Of a stretch of DNA of 64,000 nucleotides, positions 38,272-46,853 are shown piece after piece (the first letter of the stretch is position 1; each line of letters starts with the position of its first letter). A program made the translations under genes and the position numbers. The stretch lies in contig CBDDFZ010000002.1 in NCBI GenBank assembly GCA_965227515.1, positions 1,248,001-1,312,000 of the forward strand, given 5' to 3'. The DNA is from Alphaproteobacteria bacterium. Its GTDB lineage: Bacteria; Pseudomonadota; Alphaproteobacteria; CALKHQ01. The notes beneath the pieces were generated by a model that made no database searches, was not told the DNA's origin, and was given only the letters and a program-made list of their open reading frames with translations.

Positions 38272-38514
38272 ATGGCGAGCATTACGATCCGGAACCTGGA
38301 CGAGGGGCTGAAACGGCGGCTGCGCGTGCGCGCTGCCGAGCACGGTCACTCGATGGAGGAGGAGGTGCGTGAGATCCTCCGTCAGGTTGTCGAGGGCAAT
38401 GCGCCACCTTCAAACCTGGCGGCCGCCATTCGTGCCCGGATCGCACCACTCGGGGGCGTCGATCTGGAGGTGCCGCCACGGGAGCTCATGCGAGCGCCCC
38501 CAGACTTCGAGTGA
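38272..38514 (+). CDS. FitA-like RHH antitoxin
   Basis: MASITIRNLDEGLKRRLRVRAAEHGHSMEEEVREIL; GGAGG RBS. Confidence 0.92.
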   Translation: MASITIRNLDEGLKRRLRVRAAEHGHSMEEEVREILRQVVEGNAPPSNLAAAIRARIAPLGGVDLEVPPRELMRAPPDFE

Positions 38515-38538
38515 AACCCAACCTGATTGGCCGGGCGC

Positions 38539-38961
38539 GTGGTCATCCTGGATACAAACGTGATTTCTGAGATGCTGCGGCCGACACCGGCGCCGCGCGT
38601 TGAAGGCTGGCTCGCGGTACAGGAGAGCACAGGCACATTCTTGACGGCGATCAGCGAGGCCGAACTGCGCTACGGCGTGGCTTTGCTGCCCGCCGGCCGG
38701 CGGCGCGCGATCCTTGCCGATGCGGTCGACAACATCATCCGCGTGGATTTTCGCGGTCGTGTTCTGCCGTTCGGGAGCGCCGCCGCTGTGGCCTACGCAG
38801 CCATTGCGGCGGACCGGCGGGCGGCTGGGCGGCCGATCAGTCAACCGGATTGTCAGATCGCCGCGATCGCGCGCGCGGCCGGCGCGGCCGTTGCCACGCG
38901 CAATGTCATGGATTTCGAAGGTTGCGGGATCGGGGTGATCGATCCTTGGACCGCCGGATAG
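38539..38961 (+). CDS. vapC: FitB/VapC PIN-domain toxin
   Basis: VILDTNVISE, ISEAELRYG, DCQIAAIA, ATRNVMDF. Confidence 0.92.
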   Translation: MVILDTNVISEMLRPTPAPRVEGWLAVQESTGTFLTAISEAELRYGVALLPAGRRRAILADAVDNIIRVDFRGRVLPFGSAAAVAYAAIAADRRAAGRPISQPDCQIAAIARAAGAAVATRNVMDFEGCGIGVIDPWTAG

Positions 38962-39043
38962 GGCCGGCACCGCGCGGGTGGGTTGACGGCATGCGCCCAC
39001 TAGCCATATGGATTCTTGATCGGATATCGATAGGAGCGGCGTC

Positions 39044-39304
39044 ATGGCTGGCGGATGGGCCCGCGACGGGGCGGTGCAGGATCAGATCGACGACACCATC
39101 GCGGATGGCGTGAAGCACGCACGCGGCCAGATGCCGACCGGCGAAAGCGCGCTCTATTGCGTTGTGTGCGAGGAGGAAATCCCCGAGGCTCGGCGCCTGG
39201 CTGTGCCCGGCGTGAAAACGTGCGTCCACTGCCAGTCGAAGAACGACAACCGCATCCCGCCCGGCTTCAACCGCCGCGGCAGCAAGGACAGCCAGCTGCG
39301 GTAA
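39044..39304 (+). CDS. DksA/TraR family C4 zinc-finger protein (YbiI-like)
   Basis: MAGGWARDGAVQDQID, CVVC..IPEARR..PGVKTCVHCQ, NRRGSKDSQLR. Confidence 0.92.
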   Translation: MAGGWARDGAVQDQIDDTIADGVKHARGQMPTGESALYCVVCEEEIPEARRLAVPGVKTCVHCQSKNDNRIPPGFNRRGSKDSQLR

Positions 39305-39324
39305 AGGCCCTGGGTGGCAATCGT

Positions 39325-39382
39325 CGTAGCCTGGGTGGAACGAAGTGGAACCCGGGTTTCGTTGCACTTCACCCAGGCCACG
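39325..39382. repeat. GTAG-family REP doublet (inverted pair)
   Basis: CGTAGCCTGGGTGGAACGAAGTGGAACCCGGG plus an inverted degenerate copy sharing CCCGGG. Confidence 0.85.
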
Positions 39383-39417
39383 CTTGCTATCTAGCCTGTG
39401 TGGATCAACACCACGTC

Positions 39418-39526
39418 CGTCATCGCGAGCCCGCGCAGCGGGCGCGGCGATCCAGGCGATTAACGGACATTTGCAGGTGTTACTCTGGATTGCCGCGTCG
39501 CGCTTTTGGCGCACCTCGCAACGACG
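39418..39526. repeat. CGTC-type palindromic element (MITE/REP-like)
   Basis: CGTCATCGCGAG...GCGGCGATCCAG - spacer - CTGGATTGCCGCG...CTCGCAACGACG terminal inverted repeats. Confidence 0.78.
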
Positions 39527-39537
39527 AGCATGGAATT

Positions 39538-39568
39538 GTAGCCTGGGTGAAACGAAGTGAAGCCCAGG
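39538..39568 (+). repeat. GTAG-family REP, solo copy
   Basis: GTAGCCTGGGTGAAACGAAGTGAAGCCCAGG, with no adjacent inverted partner. Confidence 0.82.
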
Positions 39569-39598
39569 TTTTGCGGAGTCCCGCATGCTTCAAGAAAA

Positions 39599-40201
39599 TC
39601 AGGTTAGTTTTCGTTTTCTAACAAAATCGAGAGCATCTTGAATTTTGGGAATTGATTCACCCAATAACTCTTTATTGAGTTCTATTTCAGTGTAACCTTC
39701 ATAGTTGTGATACATGTAAGCTGTGTTCTCTCCGGATTTGTTTGCGCCTAGGTAAATATTGGCGTAGCGGTTCACGAACGATCGGTGTCGATTGGTGAAG
39801 CGATACCCGCCATGATTATCTCGGAGCGGTAAGGTATCATTGTTGCCTATCCAGCATTGCGCGATCTGAAGGCTTTTCAGTAGGCCGCGGATCTCCAAGC
39901 ATTTTGTGGTCCGCATGGGTTCTCTATAATATTCTGCATGGCTATCATAGCAGGTGCTGCTCGTGTTAGTTTTGGTGCAGATTACAACACTCCACGTTTT
40001 GTTCCAACCGCGAAAGTAGTATATATTGACTAGCTTCGTTCGCTGGAATCGAAAAATATAGCCACGTCCGATCCAGCAAATACTCATAATAAGATATGAC
40101 AGAGCCAAGAAAAAGATTTCAATGGGTATCAATATTAGTGGGACAAATCGTTCCAGAGTCAATGTTTTGCGAGGTGTATCGCTGCTCGATTTGCCTGTCA
40201 T
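39599..40201 (-). CDS. AT-rich hypothetical protein with one N-terminal TM segment (foreign)
   Basis: 200-aa open frame spanning the whole low-GC patch; no family recognised. Confidence 0.6.
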   Translation of the reverse strand: MTGKSSSDTPRKTLTLERFVPLILIPIEIFFLALSYLIMSICWIGRGYIFRFQRTKLVNIYYFRGWNKTWSVVICTKTNTSSTCYDSHAEYYREPMRTTKCLEIRGLLKSLQIAQCWIGNNDTLPLRDNHGGYRFTNRHRSFVNRYANIYLGANKSGENTAYMYHNYEGYTEIELNKELLGESIPKIQDALDFVRKRKLT

Positions 40202-40275
40202 CCCGACAACGCCTCGTGTTCCGAAATATGCGGGCCACCGGCGATGATGTGGGCCGGGTGGAACTGGTAGACACC

Positions 40276-40332
40276 CGTAGCCTGGGTGGAACGAAGTGGA
40301 ACCCGGGTTTCGCTCCGCTCCACCCGGGCTCG
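40276..40332. repeat. GTAG-family REP doublet
   Basis: First 37 nt (CGTAG...GGGTTTCG) identical to the copy at 39325, then an inverted copy. Confidence 0.87.
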
Positions 40333-40354
40333 TTTCGCCTGCGTGCCGTGCCGG

Positions 40355-41014
40355 CTAATAGAACCGGCAGCCGTCGTTGTCGAATAGGTCGAGTTGTTGG
40401 GCGTACTGCGCCTCACCGCGGGCGATGGCATCGCCCAGGCGCTCGGCGATGAATTCGCGTTCGACGATGACCTCGCCGGTGGTGGCGTCGGCGAAACCGA
40501 CGCGGATCGGCTTGCCGGCCGCAAACGTGTTCACCAGCACATCGAAAATCTCGTCGCCACTGTCGGTCCTGTTTTCGCCGTCGACGATGTAGGCGGCAAC
40601 GCGGTTATTATCCTCAACGTCCGCCTCCGCGGTCATCGTGCGCTCGCTGCTGCCGAACAGGCCGCCGGAATACTGGAACACGACCTGCAACTCGCGGCCC
40701 TCGAACGGCCAATAGCCGCCCTGCGTACGACGCACCTCCGGCACGAGCCGTGGCGCAAACTCCATCCCCGGCGGCATCGGCAACGAATAGAAAAGCTGCA
40801 CGCCGCCGTCTTGCGGCGCGTCGAAGTAGATATTGTAACCGTTCGGGTCGGCGTAAAGCTCCACTGAGCCGATCGTCTCGGTGACGGCGCAATCGGGCAG
40901 CGACGTCTGTGCGAAGGCGGCGTTTCCGCCCAAGGCCAACAGTAACGTGGCGACGCAAGGCCATCGGCGGAAGTGCTGCGTTGCCGATAGCGGCCGGCGG
41001 ATCGGATTATGCAT
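40355..41014 (-). CDS. Secreted hypothetical protein
   Basis: GGAGG RBS, signal ...LLLALGGNAAFA-Q, one Cys near each end of the mature chain. Confidence 0.72.
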   Translation of the reverse strand: MHNPIRRPLSATQHFRRWPCVATLLLALGGNAAFAQTSLPDCAVTETIGSVELYADPNGYNIYFDAPQDGGVQLFYSLPMPPGMEFAPRLVPEVRRTQGGYWPFEGRELQVVFQYSGGLFGSSERTMTAEADVEDNNRVAAYIVDGENRTDSGDEIFDVLVNTFAAGKPIRVGFADATTGEVIVEREFIAERLGDAIARGEAQYAQQLDLFDNDGCRFY

Positions 41015-41060
41015 TGGTGCCTCCATCCAGTTCGACTTTTCGAAGACCAATGCAGCAAGT

Positions 41061-41153
41061 GTAGCCCGAATGAACGTGAGCGTAATCCAGGGATTGTTGG
41101 CTTAGAGCGTGTTCAATTCGTCCCCGGGTTTCGCCTCGCTTCACCCGGGCGAC
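41061..41153. repeat. GTAG-family REP inverted pair with spacer (REPIN-like)
   Basis: GTAGCCCGAATGAACGTGAGCGTAATCCAGGGA ... TCCCCGGGTTTCGCCTCGCTTCACCCGGGCGAC. Confidence 0.72.
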
Positions 41154-41158
41154 TGTTC

Positions 41159-43594
41159 TCACCCCCTCAAGACCGTGTTCTCCGGATCGTAGGGGCTTTC
41201 GGCGATAATGCGCGCCGGGCGTAGCTGGTCGAGCACGCGGACGTGGCATGCCGTGCCCTCGGCGGCGTGTTCGGTCTTCATATAGCCCATCAGCAGGCTC
41301 TTGCCGACATAGTGGCCGTAGCCGCCCGCCGTTCCCCGGCCGACCACCTCGCCGTCGATCAGCACCGGCTCGTTGCCGAACGGATCTGCATCGTCGGCGT
41401 CAATCTCGATGGTGACGAATTTGTTGGCGACGCCTTCCTGTTGCTCGCGCACCAGGGCGTCGCGGCCGACGAAACTGCCCTTGTTGAGCCGGATGAAGCG
41501 GTCGAGCCCGGCCTGCAGGGCCGAGTTCTCCTGGTTCAGGTCGGTGCCCCACAGGCGGTAGGACTTCTCCAGCCGCATGGAGTCCATCGAGCGCATGCCG
41601 CAGAGCCCGATGTCGTGGGCGGCACCCGCCTCCATCAGCGCGTCGTAGAGCGCGTTGTGGTACTCGATCGGGTGGTGCAGCTCCCAGCCCAGCGAGCCGA
41701 CGAAGTTCACCCGCATCGCGCGCACGCCGCTGGCCGGCCCCAGCGCCAGTTCCTGCATGGTGAGCCAGGGGAAGGCGGCGTTGGAGACGTCGCGGTCGGC
41801 CAGCTGCGCCAGCACGTCCCGCGCCTTCGGCCCGGCCAGCACGAACACGCCGTACTTCGTCGTCACGTCCTGCAACGAGACCGAGCGGTCGTCGGGCAGG
41901 TGCTTCATCAGATAGTGCAGGTCGTAGTCGTGGGCGGCACCGGCGGAGACCAGCAGGAAGCGCTCCGGCCCCAGCTTGGTGATGGTGAACTCCGAGCGGA
42001 TCGCGCCCGAGGGCCTGAGCGCGTGGCAGAGCCGGATCGCGCCCTCCTTGGCCGGCAGCACGTTGGCGACCAGCCCGTCGAGCCAGTCCCTGGCCCCCGG
42101 TCCCTCCACCTCGAACTTGGAGAAGCCGCCGAACTCCATCAGGCCGACCCGCTCGCGCATGGTGCGCACCTCGTTGCCGACATGGGGGAACCAGTTGGAG
42201 CGGCGGAACGAGTATTCGTCGCGCGGCTCCACACCCTCCGGCGCGAACCAGTTCGGCCGCTCCCAGCCGAAGCGCTGGCCCCATACCGCGCCGGCCGCGC
42301 TCAGCCGGTCATAGCTGGGCGGCGCCTTCGCCGGGCGACGGGCCGGCCGCTCCTCCATCGGGTAGTGGATGATGAAGACGTGCTCGTAGGCCTCCCCGTT
42401 CTTCTCCTTGGCGTAGTTCTTGTTGGCGTAGGCGCCGAAGCGGCGCGGGTCGACGCCGATCATGTCGACCGAGGGCTGGCCCTCCACCATCCATTCCGCG
42501 AGCTGCCAGCCCGCGCCACCGGCCGCGGTCACGCCGAAGCTGTGGCCCTCGCTGAGCCAGAAGTTCTCCAGCCCGAAGGCGGGGCCGACCATCGGGTTGC
42601 CGTCGGGCGTGTAGGAGATCGGGCCGTTGACGATGTCCTTGATGCCGGCGGTCTCGAAGCTCGGCACCCGGCGCATGCAGGCCTCCACATGGGGCAGCAG
42701 CCGGTCGAGGTCGCCGGGGAACAGGTCCTTCTCGAACGTCTCCGGCACGCCGTCGACGAAGCAGGCCGGCGCGCCCTTCTCGTAGGGGCCCAGGATGTAG
42801 CCCATCCGCTCCTCGCGCAGATAGTACTGCGCGTCGCTCTCGCGCAGGATAGGCAGCTCGGCGTTGCCGGCCTCACGGTACTCCTTCAACTCCTGCGCCA
42901 CGTCGGTGACGATGTACTGGTGCTCCACCGGGATTGCCGGGATTTCCAGGCCGACCATGGCGGCGGTCTGGCGCGCATAATTGCCGCTGGCCGAGACGAT
43001 GTGCTCGCAGACGATGTCGCCCTTGGTGGTGGACACCATCCACTCGCCGCTCGGCGTCTGGCTGATGCCGGTGACCGAGGTTTGCTGATAGATTTCCGCG
43101 CCCATCTGGCGCGCGCCCTTGGCCAGCGCCATGGTCACGTCGACCGGGGCGATGTGGCCGTCGGTCGGGTGCCACAGCGCGCCGACCAGCCCCTCGGCGT
43201 TGATCAGCGGCCACAGCTTCTTGATCTCGTCGACGCCGATCAGATGGCACTCGACGCCGATGGTCTCCGCCGTGCACTGGTAGTTGCGGTACTCGTCCAT
43301 CCGGTCGCGATTGGTGGCGAGCCGGAGGTTGCCGGTCTGGTGGAAGCCGACGTCCTGGCCGGTCTCCGCCTCCAGCGTCTTGTAGAGCTCGACCGAGTAC
43401 TGGTGGAGCTGGCCGACCGAATAGCTCATGTTGAACAGCGGCAGCAGGCCGGCGGCATGCCAGGTGGAGCCTGCCGTCAGCTCGGTGCGCTCGCACAGCA
43501 CCACGTCGGTCCAGCCCTTCTTGGCCAAGTGGTAGAGGGCGGACACCCCGACCACGCCGCCACCGATCACCACCACCCGCGCATGGCTTTTCAT
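41159..43594 (-). CDS. Dimethylglycine/sarcosine dehydrogenase-like FAD oxidoreductase with GcvT domain
   Basis: VVIGGGVVG, GSTWHAAG (His for covalent FAD), NGPISYTPDG, GWERPNWF, GWELH, SMRLEKSY. Confidence 0.92.
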   Translation of the reverse strand: MKSHARVVVIGGGVVGVSALYHLAKKGWTDVVLCERTELTAGSTWHAAGLLPLFNMSYSVGQLHQYSVELYKTLEAETGQDVGFHQTGNLRLATNRDRMDEYRNYQCTAETIGVECHLIGVDEIKKLWPLINAEGLVGALWHPTDGHIAPVDVTMALAKGARQMGAEIYQQTSVTGISQTPSGEWMVSTTKGDIVCEHIVSASGNYARQTAAMVGLEIPAIPVEHQYIVTDVAQELKEYREAGNAELPILRESDAQYYLREERMGYILGPYEKGAPACFVDGVPETFEKDLFPGDLDRLLPHVEACMRRVPSFETAGIKDIVNGPISYTPDGNPMVGPAFGLENFWLSEGHSFGVTAAGGAGWQLAEWMVEGQPSVDMIGVDPRRFGAYANKNYAKEKNGEAYEHVFIIHYPMEERPARRPAKAPPSYDRLSAAGAVWGQRFGWERPNWFAPEGVEPRDEYSFRRSNWFPHVGNEVRTMRERVGLMEFGGFSKFEVEGPGARDWLDGLVANVLPAKEGAIRLCHALRPSGAIRSEFTITKLGPERFLLVSAGAAHDYDLHYLMKHLPDDRSVSLQDVTTKYGVFVLAGPKARDVLAQLADRDVSNAAFPWLTMQELALGPASGVRAMRVNFVGSLGWELHHPIEYHNALYDALMEAGAAHDIGLCGMRSMDSMRLEKSYRLWGTDLNQENSALQAGLDRFIRLNKGSFVGRDALVREQQEGVANKFVTIEIDADDADPFGNEPVLIDGEVVGRGTAGGYGHYVGKSLLMGYMKTEHAAEGTACHVRVLDQLRPARIIAESPYDPENTVLRG

Positions 43595-43700
43595 CGCCGT
43601 TTCCTTCCCCAGGTCATTTCCGGCCAGTTTGCGATTTAATGGCGGGCGGGGGAACCGTCATGCATGCCCGGCTGCGACACGCGCGTTGCCGCGCGCGACA

Positions 43701-44864
43701 TCATCCCGGCGTGGTTGTTTTCAAGATCGCGTCGGACAGCGGCTCGGCGGCGCCATCGGTGACCAGGTTGGTGCGGCCCAGGGTCATGGCGAGGTCGCGG
43801 TCGTCGTCGAAGATGATGATGTGGATGAAGAACACCATGCCGGGCGCCAGCGTCACCGGGTTGTCGCGGTAGATCATCGGCCGGTCCATCCAGCTCGGCG
43901 GGTAGACCGCGCCCAGGCTGTAGCCGCACGCGGTCATCCGTGCGTGGCGCAGGCCGGCGGCATCCAGCGCGCGGGCGTGGGCGGCATAGACGTCGCCGAC
44001 ACTGCGGCCGGGACATAGCGCGTCCTCGCAGGCCAGCAGGGTGTCACGGGCCACTCTGAACAGATGGGCGGCATCCGCGTTGTCTGGCGCGCCCACTGTG
44101 ACCGTGCGCATCAGGCAGGCATGGTACTGGCGCCAAATACCAGCAAACTCCAGCGTCAGTTGATCGCCGGCTTCCAACACCCGCCGCCCGCTGGCATAGC
44201 GGCATAGACGGGCGCGCGGGCCGGAGCCGATGATGAACGGGTTGCCGGGATAGTCGCCACCGGCGCCGAACACAGCCGTGTGCATGGCGGCCAGCACCTC
44301 GGCCTCGCTGGCGCCGGGTTTCGCGGTGGCGAGGGCCGCCGCCCAGGCATCGTCGGCCAGCGCCGCGGCCTGGCGTACATGGGCGATCTCGGCGGGACTC
44401 TTCACCAGCCGCAACGTGTCGACCAGGTCGGAGGCGTCCTCCAGCATGGCAACCGTGCCGACCGCGGCATCGACCTGGCGGCCGAGTGCTGCCGTCAGCC
44501 CATGGGCCGCATACTCCACGCCCAGCCGCTCGCCGCGCGCGCCCTGTTCCAGCACGATGTCGGCCAGGTCGGCCGCCGGATCGGCATCGGCGCCGTCGGC
44601 CCAGGTGCGAATGTCGCCAATGATCGACGTCATCTCGGCCTGGCGCCGGTCGGGATTGCGGGTCAACAGCACCAGCGCGCCGTCGACGCCGACATAGAGG
44701 CACTGGAAGAAGCAGAAGCCGAAGGTGTCGTAGCCGGTCAGGTAGTACATCGACTCCTGGCGGAACAGCAGCAGTCCGGCCAGCCCGCGCGCAGCGGCGG
44801 CCTTGCGCGAGGCGGCCAGCCGCCGGTCGAACTCGGCGCGCTCGAAGTGCAGGTTCGGGATCAT
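43701..44864 (-). CDS. M24 / Xaa-Pro peptidase family (creatinase/ectoine hydrolase-like)
   Basis: QESMYYLTGYDTFG, LRLVKSPAEI, LEFAG..YHACLMRT, CGYSLG. Confidence 0.85.
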   Translation of the reverse strand: MIPNLHFERAEFDRRLAASRKAAAARGLAGLLLFRQESMYYLTGYDTFGFCFFQCLYVGVDGALVLLTRNPDRRQAEMTSIIGDIRTWADGADADPAADLADIVLEQGARGERLGVEYAAHGLTAALGRQVDAAVGTVAMLEDASDLVDTLRLVKSPAEIAHVRQAAALADDAWAAALATAKPGASEAEVLAAMHTAVFGAGGDYPGNPFIIGSGPRARLCRYASGRRVLEAGDQLTLEFAGIWRQYHACLMRTVTVGAPDNADAAHLFRVARDTLLACEDALCPGRSVGDVYAAHARALDAAGLRHARMTACGYSLGAVYPPSWMDRPMIYRDNPVTLAPGMVFFIHIIIFDDDRDLAMTLGRTNLVTDGAAEPLSDAILKTTTPG

Positions 44865-45670
44865 GTGCTGGAGTTGTGTCGTGCCTTGAAGGCGGCGTCG
44901 CGTGCGGCGCGCTCGTCGAGCAGGCGACGGTAGTAGGCGGCCGTCTCGCCGAACAACTGATCGATCTCCCGGTGATTGGCCGCCACCAGTGCCGCCATCG
45001 CCTCGCCCATGTGGCGGTGTTGGCCGACCCAGGTCTCCGGGTGGGTGAGCAACTGGAACGAACGGCCCCGGTCCAACAGGTCGTGCGGCGTCTCCTGCCG
45101 CCACGCCATCAGGGAATCGGAGATATAGGTCATCGGCGGCGCGGTGAAGCGCGGCGCGTAGGCATCGTTGGCGACGTGGACCCCAATGTCGAAGTCGACA
45201 CCGTCGATCGGTACGTGCTCGGCGGCGGAGTGCACCTGAAAGCCGCTGAGGCCGGCGACCAATTCCAGGTCGACCTTCAGCCGCGCCTCGCCCTCGTCCT
45301 TGTCGACGTAGTGGGCGGCGTAATAGTGCAGCCCGACCTCGTGGCCCTCGTCGGCCAGCCCGCGCACGATGGCGCGGCTGCGCTCCGACAGCAGATTGTA
45401 GAACGGGCAGGCCGGCTGCACGAAATAGGTGGCGGCGACACCTTCCTCCGCTTCCAGCCGGCCAAATATCGCCGCCGACTCCAGATCATGGTCCAGGTCG
45501 TGGCGCAACAACAGCACCGGCGCATCGTCCGTGGGCTCGACGAACTCGCGAAACGTGGCGATCCGGTAGCCGAGCGCCTTGGCGCGGCGCAGGATGGCGC
45601 GATAGCCTTCGAGCGTGAAATAGCGGTCGTCGCCGTGATCGGGGAAGTCGGGAAGCGGAGGCGGCTGCAT
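44861..45670 (-). CDS. Polysaccharide deacetylase-like protein
   Basis: LLLRHDLDH, ATYFV, GHEVGLHY, YISDS, QLLTHPETW. Confidence 0.75.
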   Translation of the reverse strand: MQPPPLPDFPDHGDDRYFTLEGYRAILRRAKALGYRIATFREFVEPTDDAPVLLLRHDLDHDLESAAIFGRLEAEEGVAATYFVQPACPFYNLLSERSRAIVRGLADEGHEVGLHYYAAHYVDKDEGEARLKVDLELVAGLSGFQVHSAAEHVPIDGVDFDIGVHVANDAYAPRFTAPPMTYISDSLMAWRQETPHDLLDRGRSFQLLTHPETWVGQHRHMGEAMAALVAANHREIDQLFGETAAYYRRLLDERAARDAAFKARHNSST

Positions 45671-45731
45671 CCGCCCAACATACACGGGCCGGCGGCCGGG
45701 CAGAACCGAAGAGGTGCGTTCCGGCGGGGCC

Positions 45732-46769
45732 TCAGCCTGCGGCGGCTTGGCGCTGCTGGCCCACGTCCAGATAGTGTTCCAGGGTCAGGCGCAGGCCGTC
45801 GGCGAACGGCGTGTGCGGCGCGAAGCCCAGCACCTCGCGGGCGTGGGAGATATCCGGCACCCGGTTCCAGCTATCGTCGAACTTCTGGGTGTAGGTGAAA
45901 CTGTCGGAGACGATGGGCAGTGGCGCTGCCAGCAGGCCGACCTCGACCGCCATGGCAACCATGGCCTCGGCCAGGTCGCGCATAGACATCGGGTTGGACG
46001 CGCCCAGGTTGAAGCAGTCGGTGAACGGTCCCTGCTTGCCTGTCGCATAGGCCAGGGACTGGATCATGCCGGCGACAGTGTCCTCGACATAACAGAAGCT
46101 GCGGGTCTGGCTGCCGTCGCCGCTCAGCTTTAGTGGCGCCTTGTTCAGGATGGCGTCGATGAAATGCGGCACCACGCGCTTGGCGTGGGGGTAGTCCATC
46201 GCCGGGCCGTACGTATTGAACACCCGGATGACGATCGACCGCGCCGGCGTGTTGGCGATGACGTTTTCCTCCAGCGCCTTCACGTGGGCATAGACCCAGC
46301 GGTTGACCTGGGGGTGCTCCATCAGCAGATGGTCGTCCTCGCGCATCGGCCGGTCGTAGAGATGGGAATGCGCGGCATAGACGTCGGCCGACGAGCCGAA
46401 CAGCACCACGTGGCTGGCTGTCAGCGCGCGGGCGATGTTGAGCGTGCCTTCCAGATTCTCGACCGTCTCGACCGGGCGCGAGATCGTCTCCTGCACGCCA
46501 ACGACGCTGGCGAAGTGCACCACGGTGGCATGCTCGGCCACCAGGTCCTCGACGAGCTGGCGGTCGAACACCGAGCCTTCGATGCACGTGATGCCCGGGG
46601 TCGCGAGCTGGGGACAGTCGAACGTGCTGTTGGCGCAGCTCAGATCGTCCAGGACGGTGACGTCCAGGCCGCCGTCCTTCAGGGCCTTGGCCAGGTATCG
46701 GCCAATGAAGCCCGCGCCGCCCGTGATCAGCACGGGACCGCGCACTTGCGCCACCGAGTAGACGCTCAT
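45732..46769 (-). CDS. NAD-dependent epimerase/dehydratase (UDP-glucuronate decarboxylase-like)
   Basis: ITGGAGFIG, YAHVK (YxxxK), RVFNTYGP, GDGSQTRSFCYVED. Confidence 0.9.
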   Translation of the reverse strand: MSVYSVAQVRGPVLITGGAGFIGRYLAKALKDGGLDVTVLDDLSCANSTFDCPQLATPGITCIEGSVFDRQLVEDLVAEHATVVHFASVVGVQETISRPVETVENLEGTLNIARALTASHVVLFGSSADVYAAHSHLYDRPMREDDHLLMEHPQVNRWVYAHVKALEENVIANTPARSIVIRVFNTYGPAMDYPHAKRVVPHFIDAILNKAPLKLSGDGSQTRSFCYVEDTVAGMIQSLAYATGKQGPFTDCFNLGASNPMSMRDLAEAMVAMAVEVGLLAAPLPIVSDSFTYTQKFDDSWNRVPDISHAREVLGFAPHTPFADGLRLTLEHYLDVGQQRQAAAG

Positions 46770-46853
46770 TTCGCTCTCCTCTCGGTGCACCTGCCTACGC
46801 CCTGCGCCGGCCGGTCCACCTGCAACGTCCTGCCTTGACAGCGGGCGAGGGCG

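Noticed and set aside
39325-41153. CRISPR array or classical integron attC array
   Set aside because: Spacing is irregular and gene-sized, no cas or intI gene is present, and there are no RYYYAAC/GTTRRRY ends. The repeats fit GTAG REPs.
41243-43639. 798-aa plus-strand ORF and other long antisense ORFs (for example 3248..4681, 17705..19420, 56129..58081)
   Set aside because: They are antisense shadows of well-supported genes, caused by high GC3 and few stop codons.
43595-43700. Glycine riboswitch upstream of the GcvT-domain gene
   Set aside because: The gap is only about 105 bp and lacks the aptamer motifs.
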